Source: a virus
IMG/VR virus record: IMGVR_UViG_3300037493_002747
Coordinates: 11,761-75,760 of that record
Length of the DNA: 64,000 nt
Direction: 5' to 3' (one strand)
The notes beneath the pieces were generated by a model. It was given only the letters and a program-made list of their open reading frames with translations, searched no databases and was not told the DNA's origin. Of the stretch, positions 1 to 7,380 are shown in pieces. The position numbers and the translations under genes are program-made. The number at the start of each line of letters is the position of its first letter. Position 1 is the first letter of the stretch.

Positions 1-20
1 TTGAGCAGTGGGAAAAGGAC

Positions 21-233
21 ATGGAGGTATTCCGCGAGGCAGAAAAGGTATACCGCCAGGCAGATCATCTGCTTCAGGTACAGTTTCAGAACGATGTATT
101 GAAAGAGAACGGTTTGGGAAACCATCCCAAGGCGGACAAAGTGTATGCTCTGGCTTGGGAAGAAGGCCATGCTAACGGGTACAGTGAAGTCGCTGATTGG
201 GTGGAAAAACTGGCAGAACTGGTAAAAGACTAA
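21..233 (+). CDS. hypothetical phage protein
   Basis: 70-aa ORF with AAGGA upstream; no recognised domain. Confidence 0.7.
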   Translation: MEVFREAEKVYRQADHLLQVQFQNDVLKENGLGNHPKADKVYALAWEEGHANGYSEVADWVEKLAELVKD

Positions 234-252
234 CCGTAGTGGGATAGGAAGT

Positions 253-468
253 ATGAGTCAACCAAACGTAGAGAAGATTAAGACGTTGATCAAAGTTGGA
301 GAAGCCTTCGTTAAAGAGGTCAAGGCATTACTCGGAGGGTGGGAATGCAATGAAGTCGTTTTGACGCAACAGGATTGGGATAATGCTGAGGTGGTCAACC
401 ATGCAGAATCGTTGATTGAGGATGTTGAGGCAACAATCGCGGTGATGCGGGAAGAGATCGAAAACTGA
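253..468 (+). CDS. hypothetical protein
   Basis: 71-aa ORF with AGGA upstream, in a co-oriented gene run. Confidence 0.7.
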   Translation: MSQPNVEKIKTLIKVGEAFVKEVKALLGGWECNEVVLTQQDWDNAEVVNHAESLIEDVEATIAVMREEIEN

Positions 469-525
469 AAAAGACTAACCGTATTCTGGACAGATTTTAG
501 CAATGTATGGATGGAGGGCACAACA

Positions 526-1416
526 ATGCTGACAGACATACAGAATATGATTGATGAGAAGTTGGTTGAACCGACTGGTGGCAAAATGACCGAATCGAAG
601 CTTTTGAGTGAGTGTGGACCTGTTTTGGTCGTAGATGGTACGCCTGGTGAGCAATATCAGGTGGAGATTGAGCCGGGAGACTATCTGGTGATTCGGGCTG
701 GAGCTACGGCGGGTAAGGCATCGGCTCGGTTCAGTCATCCGAATGTGGCAGCTTCTGGCAAGGTAATCCACGAGTTCAAGCACTATCGGTCTGGAGGAAG
801 CAAGTTCTGGTCGGCACGGGCTGGCGTGGATCACTACTTTGTGGTTCCTCGTACTGCCGTCAAACTACTCCCGGTGAAGGGTTATTCATACATCCCGGCG
901 GAGATCAATGGCGTCAAGGTTCGATTCAATGTAAGTGGCGGTACCGCAAATGGATGGACTGATTGGCTGCATACTTCTGTCGTGATCAGTGTGAATCACA
1001 AGGTTTCGGACCTGAAGAAGATTGCGGAAGTATCTGTTCGGAATTCCCCGTTTGAGCCGATTGTCCATAAACCACTGGATGCTGGGGATGAGATTCGTTG
1101 GAATCGTCTGGCGTCTCGGTTGTCCAAGGATTTGATCGAGAAGATTGCAAAGTTGGCGGAGGAGAAGAAGGCTCCAATTGTGAAGTTCCTGCCGGGGTTT
1201 GCGGGTAATGAAGGGAGAGTTGTGGAGGTTACTCGCCGGGCAAAAAAGGTGAATATTGAGACGGAGGCTGGGTTTGTGAAGTCATGGCGCATTGAGTATA
1301 CTGGGGCCGTGAAGGGGCTGATTCTGGTGATAGACGGTACGTGGGGGCGAGTTCGTGCGAAGGTTGGACAGATTGATTGGGCGGCGACGGCTGTCGCCAA
1401 TGGGATAGCAGCATGA
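526..1416 (+). CDS. hypothetical protein
   Basis: Long ORF; GGAGG at 513-517 favours ATG 526; its stop overlaps the next start (ATGA). Confidence 0.8.
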   Translation: MLTDIQNMIDEKLVEPTGGKMTESKLLSECGPVLVVDGTPGEQYQVEIEPGDYLVIRAGATAGKASARFSHPNVAASGKVIHEFKHYRSGGSKFWSARAGVDHYFVVPRTAVKLLPVKGYSYIPAEINGVKVRFNVSGGTANGWTDWLHTSVVISVNHKVSDLKKIAEVSVRNSPFEPIVHKPLDAGDEIRWNRLASRLSKDLIEKIAKLAEEKKAPIVKFLPGFAGNEGRVVEVTRRAKKVNIETEAGFVKSWRIEYTGAVKGLILVIDGTWGRVRAKVGQIDWAATAVANGIAA

Positions 1417-1634
1417 AAGCAGCATATGAACGAATAGACAAGGATGACAAAAAGAAGATTATTTGGGCTGTGGCTGATACATATCGAGAAGCTAGACTTC
1501 TTGCATCAAAAAGGGCAACGGGCCATTATGGAGAGAAGGTAGCCCCCGAATATTTCATGGTTTGTGAGGCTATGCAGGGGTGGGATAAGAAATGTGGCCT
1601 TGCCGTGGCAGATTGGAGCATGATTTTTACTTGA
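1413..1634 (+). CDS. hypothetical protein
   Basis: ATGA overlap with the upstream stop; 73 aa. Confidence 0.6.
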   Translation: MKAAYERIDKDDKKKIIWAVADTYREARLLASKRATGHYGEKVAPEYFMVCEAMQGWDKKCGLAVADWSMIFT

Positions 1635-1690
1635 GTTTGTGTCATTTTTTCTTGATATTCCATCCTACTGATAGGACGGGGGATCAATAA

Positions 1691-2440
1691 ATGGACGATT
1701 CAAGAATATCAATACTGGCCAATTCTGTTGTCAACGGTACATACCCAAGACTAGAATTGAAGCGGACGATTTTTTGCGAACAAGCTCCAGAGCAGTCTAT
1801 TCAGGCTTGGGTGGTTGACGGCGAATATGTCCGTACATTCATTGATGAAGAGTTTACCAATTTTGGTCAGCACTACCGTTTTCCGTTCATCCCGGAGTAT
1901 GAGTTCTGGATCGACAAGGAATCGGTTTGCGATGAGACAGATTTCTACATAGAGCACCTTAAGGTTGAATGGAATTCGATGCGCCAGGGGAAACCTTACA
2001 GTGTGGCGATTGTTGAGGCGGATAATGTCGAAAAGGCGATTCGCAGGCTAACAGATGATATCAGCAAGGTGATTGATCCAGTACGCAATGTTGTTGACCC
2101 CAAGTTGTTCCGTTTGAGGCTGTTAAAGTCCCTAGAGAATGGTGTGAATGTTTGGTTGGTGAATGGTCGTTTGGTTCGGAGCGTACTTCATATTGACTTT
2201 ACGCAGGGCGGACACCAATATGTCTATGAGTATGTTCCCGAAGGGGATGTCTGGATTGACAATGATATAGATTGGAATGAGCGAGGGTTCGTGATCTTAC
2301 ATGAACTTCATGAGCGTAATAGGATGGAGCAAGGACTTCCATATTCCAAGGCTCACGCAGAATCAAGTGCATTGGAACTGAGTTGCCGGAAACAGATTGA
2401 TGACTTGCATGATGCGTTGGCGGTAGAAGGCTGGGCGTAA
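1691..2440 (+). CDS. internally duplicated protein with a HExxE putative metal-binding/metallopeptidase-like motif
   Basis: Two related halves (WVVDGEYVR..FTNFGQHY.F.FIPE.EFWID and WLVNGRLVR..FTQGGHQY.YEYVPE.DVWID); HELHE...AH occurs only in the second half. Confidence 0.7.
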   Translation: MDDSRISILANSVVNGTYPRLELKRTIFCEQAPEQSIQAWVVDGEYVRTFIDEEFTNFGQHYRFPFIPEYEFWIDKESVCDETDFYIEHLKVEWNSMRQGKPYSVAIVEADNVEKAIRRLTDDISKVIDPVRNVVDPKLFRLRLLKSLENGVNVWLVNGRLVRSVLHIDFTQGGHQYVYEYVPEGDVWIDNDIDWNERGFVILHELHERNRMEQGLPYSKAHAESSALELSCRKQIDDLHDALAVEGWA

Positions 2441-2459
2441 GTTAAGACTGGAGACTTGT

Positions 2460-2921
2460 ATGACTCGTGAATATGCAATTGCTAGCCGGTTGGTTTCTGC
2501 TTCGCACCAAAGGAAGGCGGCGACAGTTGACATTGTTCAGGATAGAATTTCAGAAGCCATAAGGTCTCTGAGTTATCTTCCAGTGGAACACTCTTTCCAG
2601 GATAGTCGTCAGGGGAAGATGGCCAAGGATAAGGTCAGCAAGGCATTGTCTTTATTGGAGGAAGTTCTATCGGACCTGCCGACACCTGTGACATACACGG
2701 TATATGGGTTGCCTGGGGTGGGCTCATTCTCCGATGTTCAGGATTTTGAAAGAGCGTTGGCGGCTAAGGGTATTCGCAAGATTGGTGTGTCAAGAAGCCA
2801 GTCTCTCCGTAAAGAATTGCAGGGGCAACCGATGTTTGATAGTCTTCTTGGGCCGATGTATGATGGTCCTAAGAAGGTCAGGTATGAGACCTCTGACGTG
2901 AATGACACGCTTTCGAGGTAG
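2460..2921 (+). CDS. hypothetical protein with N-terminal leader motif (AIASRLVSA)
   Basis: 153-aa ORF, GGAG upstream. Confidence 0.75.
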   Translation: MTREYAIASRLVSASHQRKAATVDIVQDRISEAIRSLSYLPVEHSFQDSRQGKMAKDKVSKALSLLEEVLSDLPTPVTYTVYGLPGVGSFSDVQDFERALAAKGIRKIGVSRSQSLRKELQGQPMFDSLLGPMYDGPKKVRYETSDVNDTLSR

Positions 2922-2925
2922 GATT

Positions 2926-3798
2926 ATGTCACAGAATGCAAACGAACGTTCGGGACTGGCCTCAAAGTATCTGCCAGTTACACCACCTAGAAAGAATCTT
3001 CATCGCATTGCTATGGACTTATTGGGGATGGCCAAGTCTTTTCTAGCAGATGATAAATGGGAAGCCCCGGAAGGTGATCGTAAGAATTGGCGGAAACGGA
3101 ATCAGGATGGCAGTTACGAGTACCGGGAAACTCCGCCAGATGGTAATGCCCCAAGTCAGAAGAAGGATGAGTCGCAAGTAAAGATGTCTCCAAAGAATGA
3201 GGAGACAGGTGAAAAACCAAAGAAACGAATTCAGTATAAGTCGTACCTCAAGTTGGATAAACCTAAGCTGCAAGAGATTCTCACAAAGGGACATTATTCG
3301 CTAATATCGGCTGGCAAGAATAGTAGTGATCCCAAAGAAGCACTGATGAAAGCAGATGACGAGTTTTTCCATAAGAGACATGAGGAATTGAGAGGTGAGT
3401 TGGAGAAGGCTGGACTTCCTTACACGGAAGTAGTTGGACATTATGGCGGAGGAAAGGAAAACACATTCTTGGTGTTTCACGATGATACTGAACTTACTCC
3501 GAAAACGGAAAAAGCCATAATGGTACATCATCGAGACGAAGATGATGCTAAGAAGAATCGGACGATTCTGAATGACATGGGAAAGAAGTTCAATCAAGAG
3601 AGCGTCCTACATGCCGGTAATGGTAGGAATGATATGTCTTTCACAACTGGTCCGAAGGCAGGAGTAACTTGTGGCGGCAATGGGTGGAATGAATCTGATG
3701 ACGCTCTTGACAATTACACGGATATTGAATTGGAAGGAACAAAACACACGAAGTTTCAGTTAGACATACGGGAGTGTTTTGAAAGGGGACTGTTGTGA
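2926..3798 (+). CDS. hypothetical protein with a C-terminal DUF3293-like domain
   Basis: Pattern LISAGKN..RHEEL..L...GHYGG..E.TFLV..GKKFNQESVL. Confidence 0.6.
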   Translation: MSQNANERSGLASKYLPVTPPRKNLHRIAMDLLGMAKSFLADDKWEAPEGDRKNWRKRNQDGSYEYRETPPDGNAPSQKKDESQVKMSPKNEETGEKPKKRIQYKSYLKLDKPKLQEILTKGHYSLISAGKNSSDPKEALMKADDEFFHKRHEELRGELEKAGLPYTEVVGHYGGGKENTFLVFHDDTELTPKTEKAIMVHHRDEDDAKKNRTILNDMGKKFNQESVLHAGNGRNDMSFTTGPKAGVTCGGNGWNESDDALDNYTDIELEGTKHTKFQLDIRECFERGLL

Positions 3799-4121
3799 TG
3801 TCTACTCGAATCTCAGAGGAAATTTTGGCGATAGCAGATGAACTGCAAGCACAGCCAAAGGAGAATCCACCATTCAAGCGGGATGAAGAAGGATATGCCA
3901 CGGTCACTTTCAAGATCAAAGGTGACGCCCTGAATGAACTCTTGAAACTCATAAAACAGTGTGAGTATATGGGGAATATAGGGCATTCTTTTTCAATCGT
4001 TGTTGATCCCAGAGGTGGTAAAGATCGTAGACGCAATATTGGGTTCGACGGAGATGGGTCAGATCGAGTGAAGGACATTCTGGTGAATGGTGAGCCTTTA
4101 CCGGAGAAGTTCGACTGGTAA
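3798..4121 (+). CDS. hypothetical protein with N-terminal leader motif (ISEEILAIADELQA)
   Basis: Overlaps the stop/start codons of both neighbours. Confidence 0.75.
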   Translation: MSTRISEEILAIADELQAQPKENPPFKRDEEGYATVTFKIKGDALNELLKLIKQCEYMGNIGHSFSIVVDPRGGKDRRRNIGFDGDGSDRVKDILVNGEPLPEKFDW

Positions 4122-4459
4122 TGGAGGTGAATATGAGAATTGGAAACATGCTCTCTAATATTGCATATGGAATATCTGGTACAAAGGTGTGTTGGGTTCG
4201 TGATGGTTCCGCTGTTTCGATTATGGCTATTCTTCCAGAGTCGAATCGGATGGCAAATAGAGAACAGTCTATTCGACTAGCAGAGAAGGCGGAACGAATA
4301 GCAGAACGAGAAGCTTCTCGCATTGGTGTTGTTATTAAGACGGGTGCATTTATGGGTGGCGAGGGCAATGGACACATCCAAGCAACCGGCGTTGCTGAAA
4401 TACCTTGGGCTCCAGACATTGAACATAGGCTATCTCTTGTCGGAATACATGAAGGTTGA
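4121..4459 (+). CDS. hypothetical protein (alternative start 4133)
   Basis: 112-aa ORF; GGAGGTG precedes ATG 4133. Confidence 0.7.
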   Translation: MEVNMRIGNMLSNIAYGISGTKVCWVRDGSAVSIMAILPESNRMANREQSIRLAEKAERIAEREASRIGVVIKTGAFMGGEGNGHIQATGVAEIPWAPDIEHRLSLVGIHEG

Positions 4460-4464
4460 TTTTT

Positions 4465-4495
4465 TTTACAAATACTTCCCTTGTGAGTGTATAAT
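4465..4495 (+). promoter_or_regulatory. sigma70-like promoter (TTTACA-19-TATAAT)
   Basis: Consensus -10 and near-consensus -35 preceded by a T-tract; same architecture at 60230-60259; the spacer is long. Confidence 0.45.
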
Positions 4496-4541
4496 GTTAG
4501 TGTTCCCGCAGTAATGGGACTAACACTTAAAGGGAGATAAT

Positions 4542-4922
4542 ATGAGTCAGACCAAAGCGCAGCGCAAGAAACAACAAAAGTCGAAGTCGCGTGAGAAGCA
4601 GATCAAGAAAAACAGGAACATTCTGCGGAATGTTGCTGTAAAGAGATTCCGTCTTGATGTGCATATGGGGGATGATTGGAAGATTGGAGTACGACAGTGG
4701 TCCAATATTCAGCAGGTAGAAGCTCATAGAGTAGAAACTGAAGCTCGTCGTGCCAAGGGCGAGGAGATTCTGATGGGTCGGGTGGTTGATATGGCCATTG
4801 GCAATGGCAAGGTGATCTTGAACATTCCTGGAGCAACGCCAAAGCCAAAGGGTATGGCACCTGACAAGATCGCAGATGGTGCAAAGGCTTGGGATTGTGA
4901 GTACGATTCTGGCACCAAGTAA
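4542..4922 (+). CDS. hypothetical basic protein
   Basis: 126-aa ORF with GGGAG RBS. Confidence 0.75.
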   Translation: MSQTKAQRKKQQKSKSREKQIKKNRNILRNVAVKRFRLDVHMGDDWKIGVRQWSNIQQVEAHRVETEARRAKGEEILMGRVVDMAIGNGKVILNIPGATPKPKGMAPDKIADGAKAWDCEYDSGTK

Positions 4923-4978
4923 GAAACTCTGAAAATTTCTCCGTATTTTGCAGGGCGGTTGGCAATGTATGGATGTGC

Positions 4979-5196
4979 GGATGTTCTACTGAGGATTCGG
5001 GCGTTGTTATAGCAAACCGAGTCATTGGTTTAGCGGCCAACAAGACAGGGGCGTAAGGCGACAACGAAAAGTGGTTTAGCGGCCTCTCCCGAGTCTTCAG
5101 TAGAGCATCTGAGTGTGAGGCGATAAAGTGGGTTCAATTCCCATCAGTAGTAGGGTCAGCCCGAACCTGGGACGGTATGGATCGTGGCTTTACATG
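4979..5196 (+). ncRNA. structured ncRNA candidate with a 23-bp closing stem and a tRNA-like T-arm
   Basis: GGATGTTCTACTGAGGATTCGGG (4979-5001) pairs with CCCGAGTCTTCAGTAGAGCATCT (5088-5110) using only WC and GU pairs; duplicated GGTTTAGCGGCC; T-arm GTGGG-TTCAATT-CCCAT at 5128-5144. Confidence 0.55.
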
Positions 5197-5207
5197 TTCT
5201 TTGACAA
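5195..5207 (+). promoter_or_regulatory. boxA-like antitermination element TGTTCTTTGACAA
   Basis: Close to rrn boxA (TGCTCTTTAACA); lies directly before the rRNA-mimic RNA; similar TGTTCTTTGA at 6368 before the tmRNA. Confidence 0.5.
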
Positions 5208-5210
5208 TTT

Positions 5211-5567
5211 GAGACGAGTGATGGGTGGTAGGCTCAGAAGCAGCCATCCATAAAAAGTGAGTCGCTGAGTTCTAATCCGTGAGAGCCGCTGGAAAAGTGG
5301 CTAGTCGGATAGGCGAACAGAGATTGGGTAGGCGGGACGGGACCCGATGTCAGGACTTGTAGTGTTGTAGTCTAAAGCTGTAGATTTTTACGGCATAAAG
5401 TCTACTGTAGCTCAGTCTTGAGTGTACTGCTCTGTTGTGCGGCGTTAGAAGGTTGCGGCTTCCATGGAAGATGTAGAAAGTTCGTGTGGTTGACTTAGTA
5501 TCTTCCAAGGCCAAACTCAACTGCATGGTGGACTCTTTGGCGTAATAGCAAACCCATCACAAGTCTT
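5211..5567 (+). ncRNA. ncRNA mimicking the 23S rRNA uL11-binding/GTPase-associated centre (H42-H44), with a ~280-nt insertion
   Basis: H43-like TGGTAGGC-TCAGAAGCA-GCCATCCA-TAAAAAG (5226-5257) and H44-like GC-GTAATA-GC (5540-5549), closed by GTGATGGG/CCCATCAC; the insertion is closed by GAGTC/GACTC. Confidence 0.75.
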
Positions 5568-5571
5568 TTCT

Positions 5572-6260
5572 GGGATCAGTCGTGGAGCTAAGAATGTTAA
5601 AAACATTTGGACTAAGAAGCGACTCAAGTCATGGCTATGAAAGTGGGCCATGAGATTCCAGCGGACCATCAGCGAGCCGAATTACGCTGGGATGAAGCGA
5701 GTTGCAAAAGCGGCAAGCGGATTCCGAATAGAGTCGGTGGGATCGAGATCTGATTGGATTCGGTGGGTTCCTGTTCTGATTAGAGTAGTCTGATTAGATT
5801 CGGTGGGTTCCTGTTCTGATTAGAAGATCATCCCGTAAACTTGTGGTCCGGTCTTTTTTGAATCTCGTGATAACAGAAGTTAAATCTCCTGTAGTATGCC
5901 AAGTTGTATAGGTATAGGAGATTCTTATGCGGCAAGACGGTTTCTAAGCCCGTCTACGAGCATTTTTGTAGCATTGTGTGCAAACCCGACAGGAGAGGCA
6001 CACGACAAGCGCAGATAGAAAAGGCCGCTCATGGCTCGTGAATAGGGAAGAGAGAGGTCGTAGGGTGTACAACCGAAAACCCAATCTTGTCTAGCTTAGA
6101 TGGTGGAGGGTGACGGGGAAACCTGTCGCCCCTGACTCGAAAGGGCGTTCGTGGAAATCGAACTAGACCTGTGATGGCGACCGTAGCACCACAGAGACGA
6201 GTAGCAGGTCGAAATAAACGTGGATCGGTGACAGTCGGGAGAGTACCGACAACTTTTTTG
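5572..6260 (+). ncRNA. large (~680 nt) highly structured ncRNA candidate (GOLLD/ROOL size class, family unassigned)
   Basis: No credible ORF; nested long-range stems (5649-5658/5860-5869 and 5662-5668/5844-5850); many hairpins; ends in a hairpin plus U-tract. Confidence 0.55.
5749..5824 (+). repeat. tandem duplication of a 36-nt hairpin unit (40-nt period)
   Basis: TCTGATT(G/A)GATTCGGTGGGTTCCTGTTCTGATTAGA at 5749-5784 and 5789-5824, one mismatch. Confidence 0.9.
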
Positions 6261-6382
6261 TTAGGTTTTGCTGTCTGTGGGTATAATGACTCATGGAGAA
6301 AAGAAGTGTGTGATGATTTTTCTTCCGTATTTGACACGGAGTGTGGCAATGTAGTGTCAGATTTGATTGTTCTTTGATATAT

Positions 6383-6794
6383 GGGGACGAGTGGTTTCGA
6401 CGAGTGTTATTGAAACTGGTCGACATGCCGAGGACACAGGTGGGCCTCGTAAATCATCCTGTAAAAAAACAACTGCCAACACTTTTGGCAAGGTGATTCG
6501 TGGTTTCTTTGGAGTGGCTGCTGAGGCTACTCCGATGCTTGCCGCTGCCTAAACAGGCACACCTCCAAAACTCCGGAGTTTCTATGACAACCGGATGAGG
6601 ATCAAAGAGAATAGATGACGGTCTGCAAAGACAGGCGATGCCGGGAATGAGACGCACCGGGGCGGATAGTCGAAGACATCCCTGAAAGAAGGGATAGACC
6701 AAGTCCGTGGTCGAGAAACATCGTGACGAAGCATGTGTATGTTCAGTTGATTTATTATTCGGACAGGGGGTTCGACTCCCCCTCGTCTCCACCA
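6383..6794 (+). ncRNA. ssrA: tmRNA; tag ANTFGKVIRGFFGVAAEATPMLAAA encoded at 6475-6552
   Basis: 5' GGGGACG and 3' CGTCTCC-ACCA form an acceptor stem with G3-U; TTCGAC near the 5' end; T-arm GGGGG-TTCGACT-CCCCC; tag frame ends LAAA-stop. Confidence 0.95.
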
Positions 6795-6828
6795 TTTTCA
6801 GAGATAATGAGGAAAGTTTGAAAAAGTG

Positions 6829-6858
6829 TTGAAAACTTACTCGTTGTCGGAGTATAGT
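6829..6858 (+). promoter_or_regulatory. sigma70-like promoter (TTGAAA-18-TATAGT)
   Basis: Near-consensus hexamers just upstream of the first Y-RNA candidate. Confidence 0.45.
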
Positions 6859-6872
6859 GATTTGTGAACGAA

Positions 6873-6954
6873 GTCAGGCTCCTTCAGGACTGGGTTACTT
6901 CATTACAAAAGCGAAAAAATCTCGGCGGTCTATGAGGACCGAAATTGAGATGAC
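6873..6954 (+). ncRNA. candidate Y RNA (Ro60-associated), copy 1
   Basis: Shares the CCTTCAG..GGGTTACTTC..GAAAAA core and a bulged-stem fold with 7082-7146; near the Ro60 gene. Confidence 0.45.
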
Positions 6955-7081
6955 GATCTGCAAAGACAGAGTGGAATTCCGGGAAGACGGAATGGAGGCG
7001 TGGGAAGACACGCAAATGACAGCTCGGAAAGACGGCTTACCTAGGACGAATATCGGAGTTTGATGGAGTTCTTGAGTTTTT

Positions 7082-7146
7082 GCTTGATACCTTCAGTTTG
7101 GGGTTACTTCTTGGTGAAAAACCCCCAAACGATTATTGGTGTCGGC
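7082..7146 (+). ncRNA. candidate Y RNA (Ro60-associated), copy 2
   Basis: GATACC/GGTGTC stem, TTCA internal loop, GTTTGGGG/CCCCAAAC stem and a TTACTTC-containing apex; upstream of Ro60. Confidence 0.5.
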
Positions 7147-7154
7147 TATATTAT

Positions 7155-7231
7155 TGCGGGGTAGAGCAGCCCGGTAGCTTATCAGGCTCATAACCTGAAG
7201 GTCGCTGGTTCAAATCCAGCCCCCGCAACCA
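7155..7231 (+). tRNA. tRNA-Met(CAT), initiator-like
   Basis: 77-nt cloverleaf close to bacterial tRNA-fMet; anticodon loop CTCATAA; encoded CCA. Confidence 0.95.
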
Positions 7232-7236
7232 ATAAA

Positions 7237-7274
7237 GGCCGGACATCAATAAAAGGATGTTCGGCTTTTTCTTT
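7237..7274 (+). terminator. Rho-independent terminator after the tRNA
   Basis: GGCCGGACATC/GATGTTCGGCT stem followed by TTTTCTTT. Confidence 0.7.
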
Positions 7275-7380
7275 GTATCGAATCGTGTAGGTTCAATGTT
7301 CTGTGTGGAACATTGGGAATAAGGGTGCCGAAAGGCACAAAATTGGTGGTAGAGATATCACCTTCAAGGAGGTAAGAGAA

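Noticed and set aside
5100-5160. tRNA gene around the T-arm at 5128-5144
   Set aside because: No acceptor stem, D-arm, anticodon arm or CCA could be assembled.
5211-5567. A true 23S rRNA gene or host contamination
   Set aside because: Only the H43/H44 elements match, they are split by a ~280-nt insert, and the flanks show no other rRNA sequence.
5749-5824. 36-nt direct repeat as a CRISPR array
   Set aside because: Only two copies separated by 4 nt, no spacer-length sequence and no cas genes; better explained as a duplicated hairpin inside an ncRNA.
6367-6552. 61-aa ORF as a protein gene
   Set aside because: It is the tmRNA tag frame extended upstream through the tRNA-like domain.
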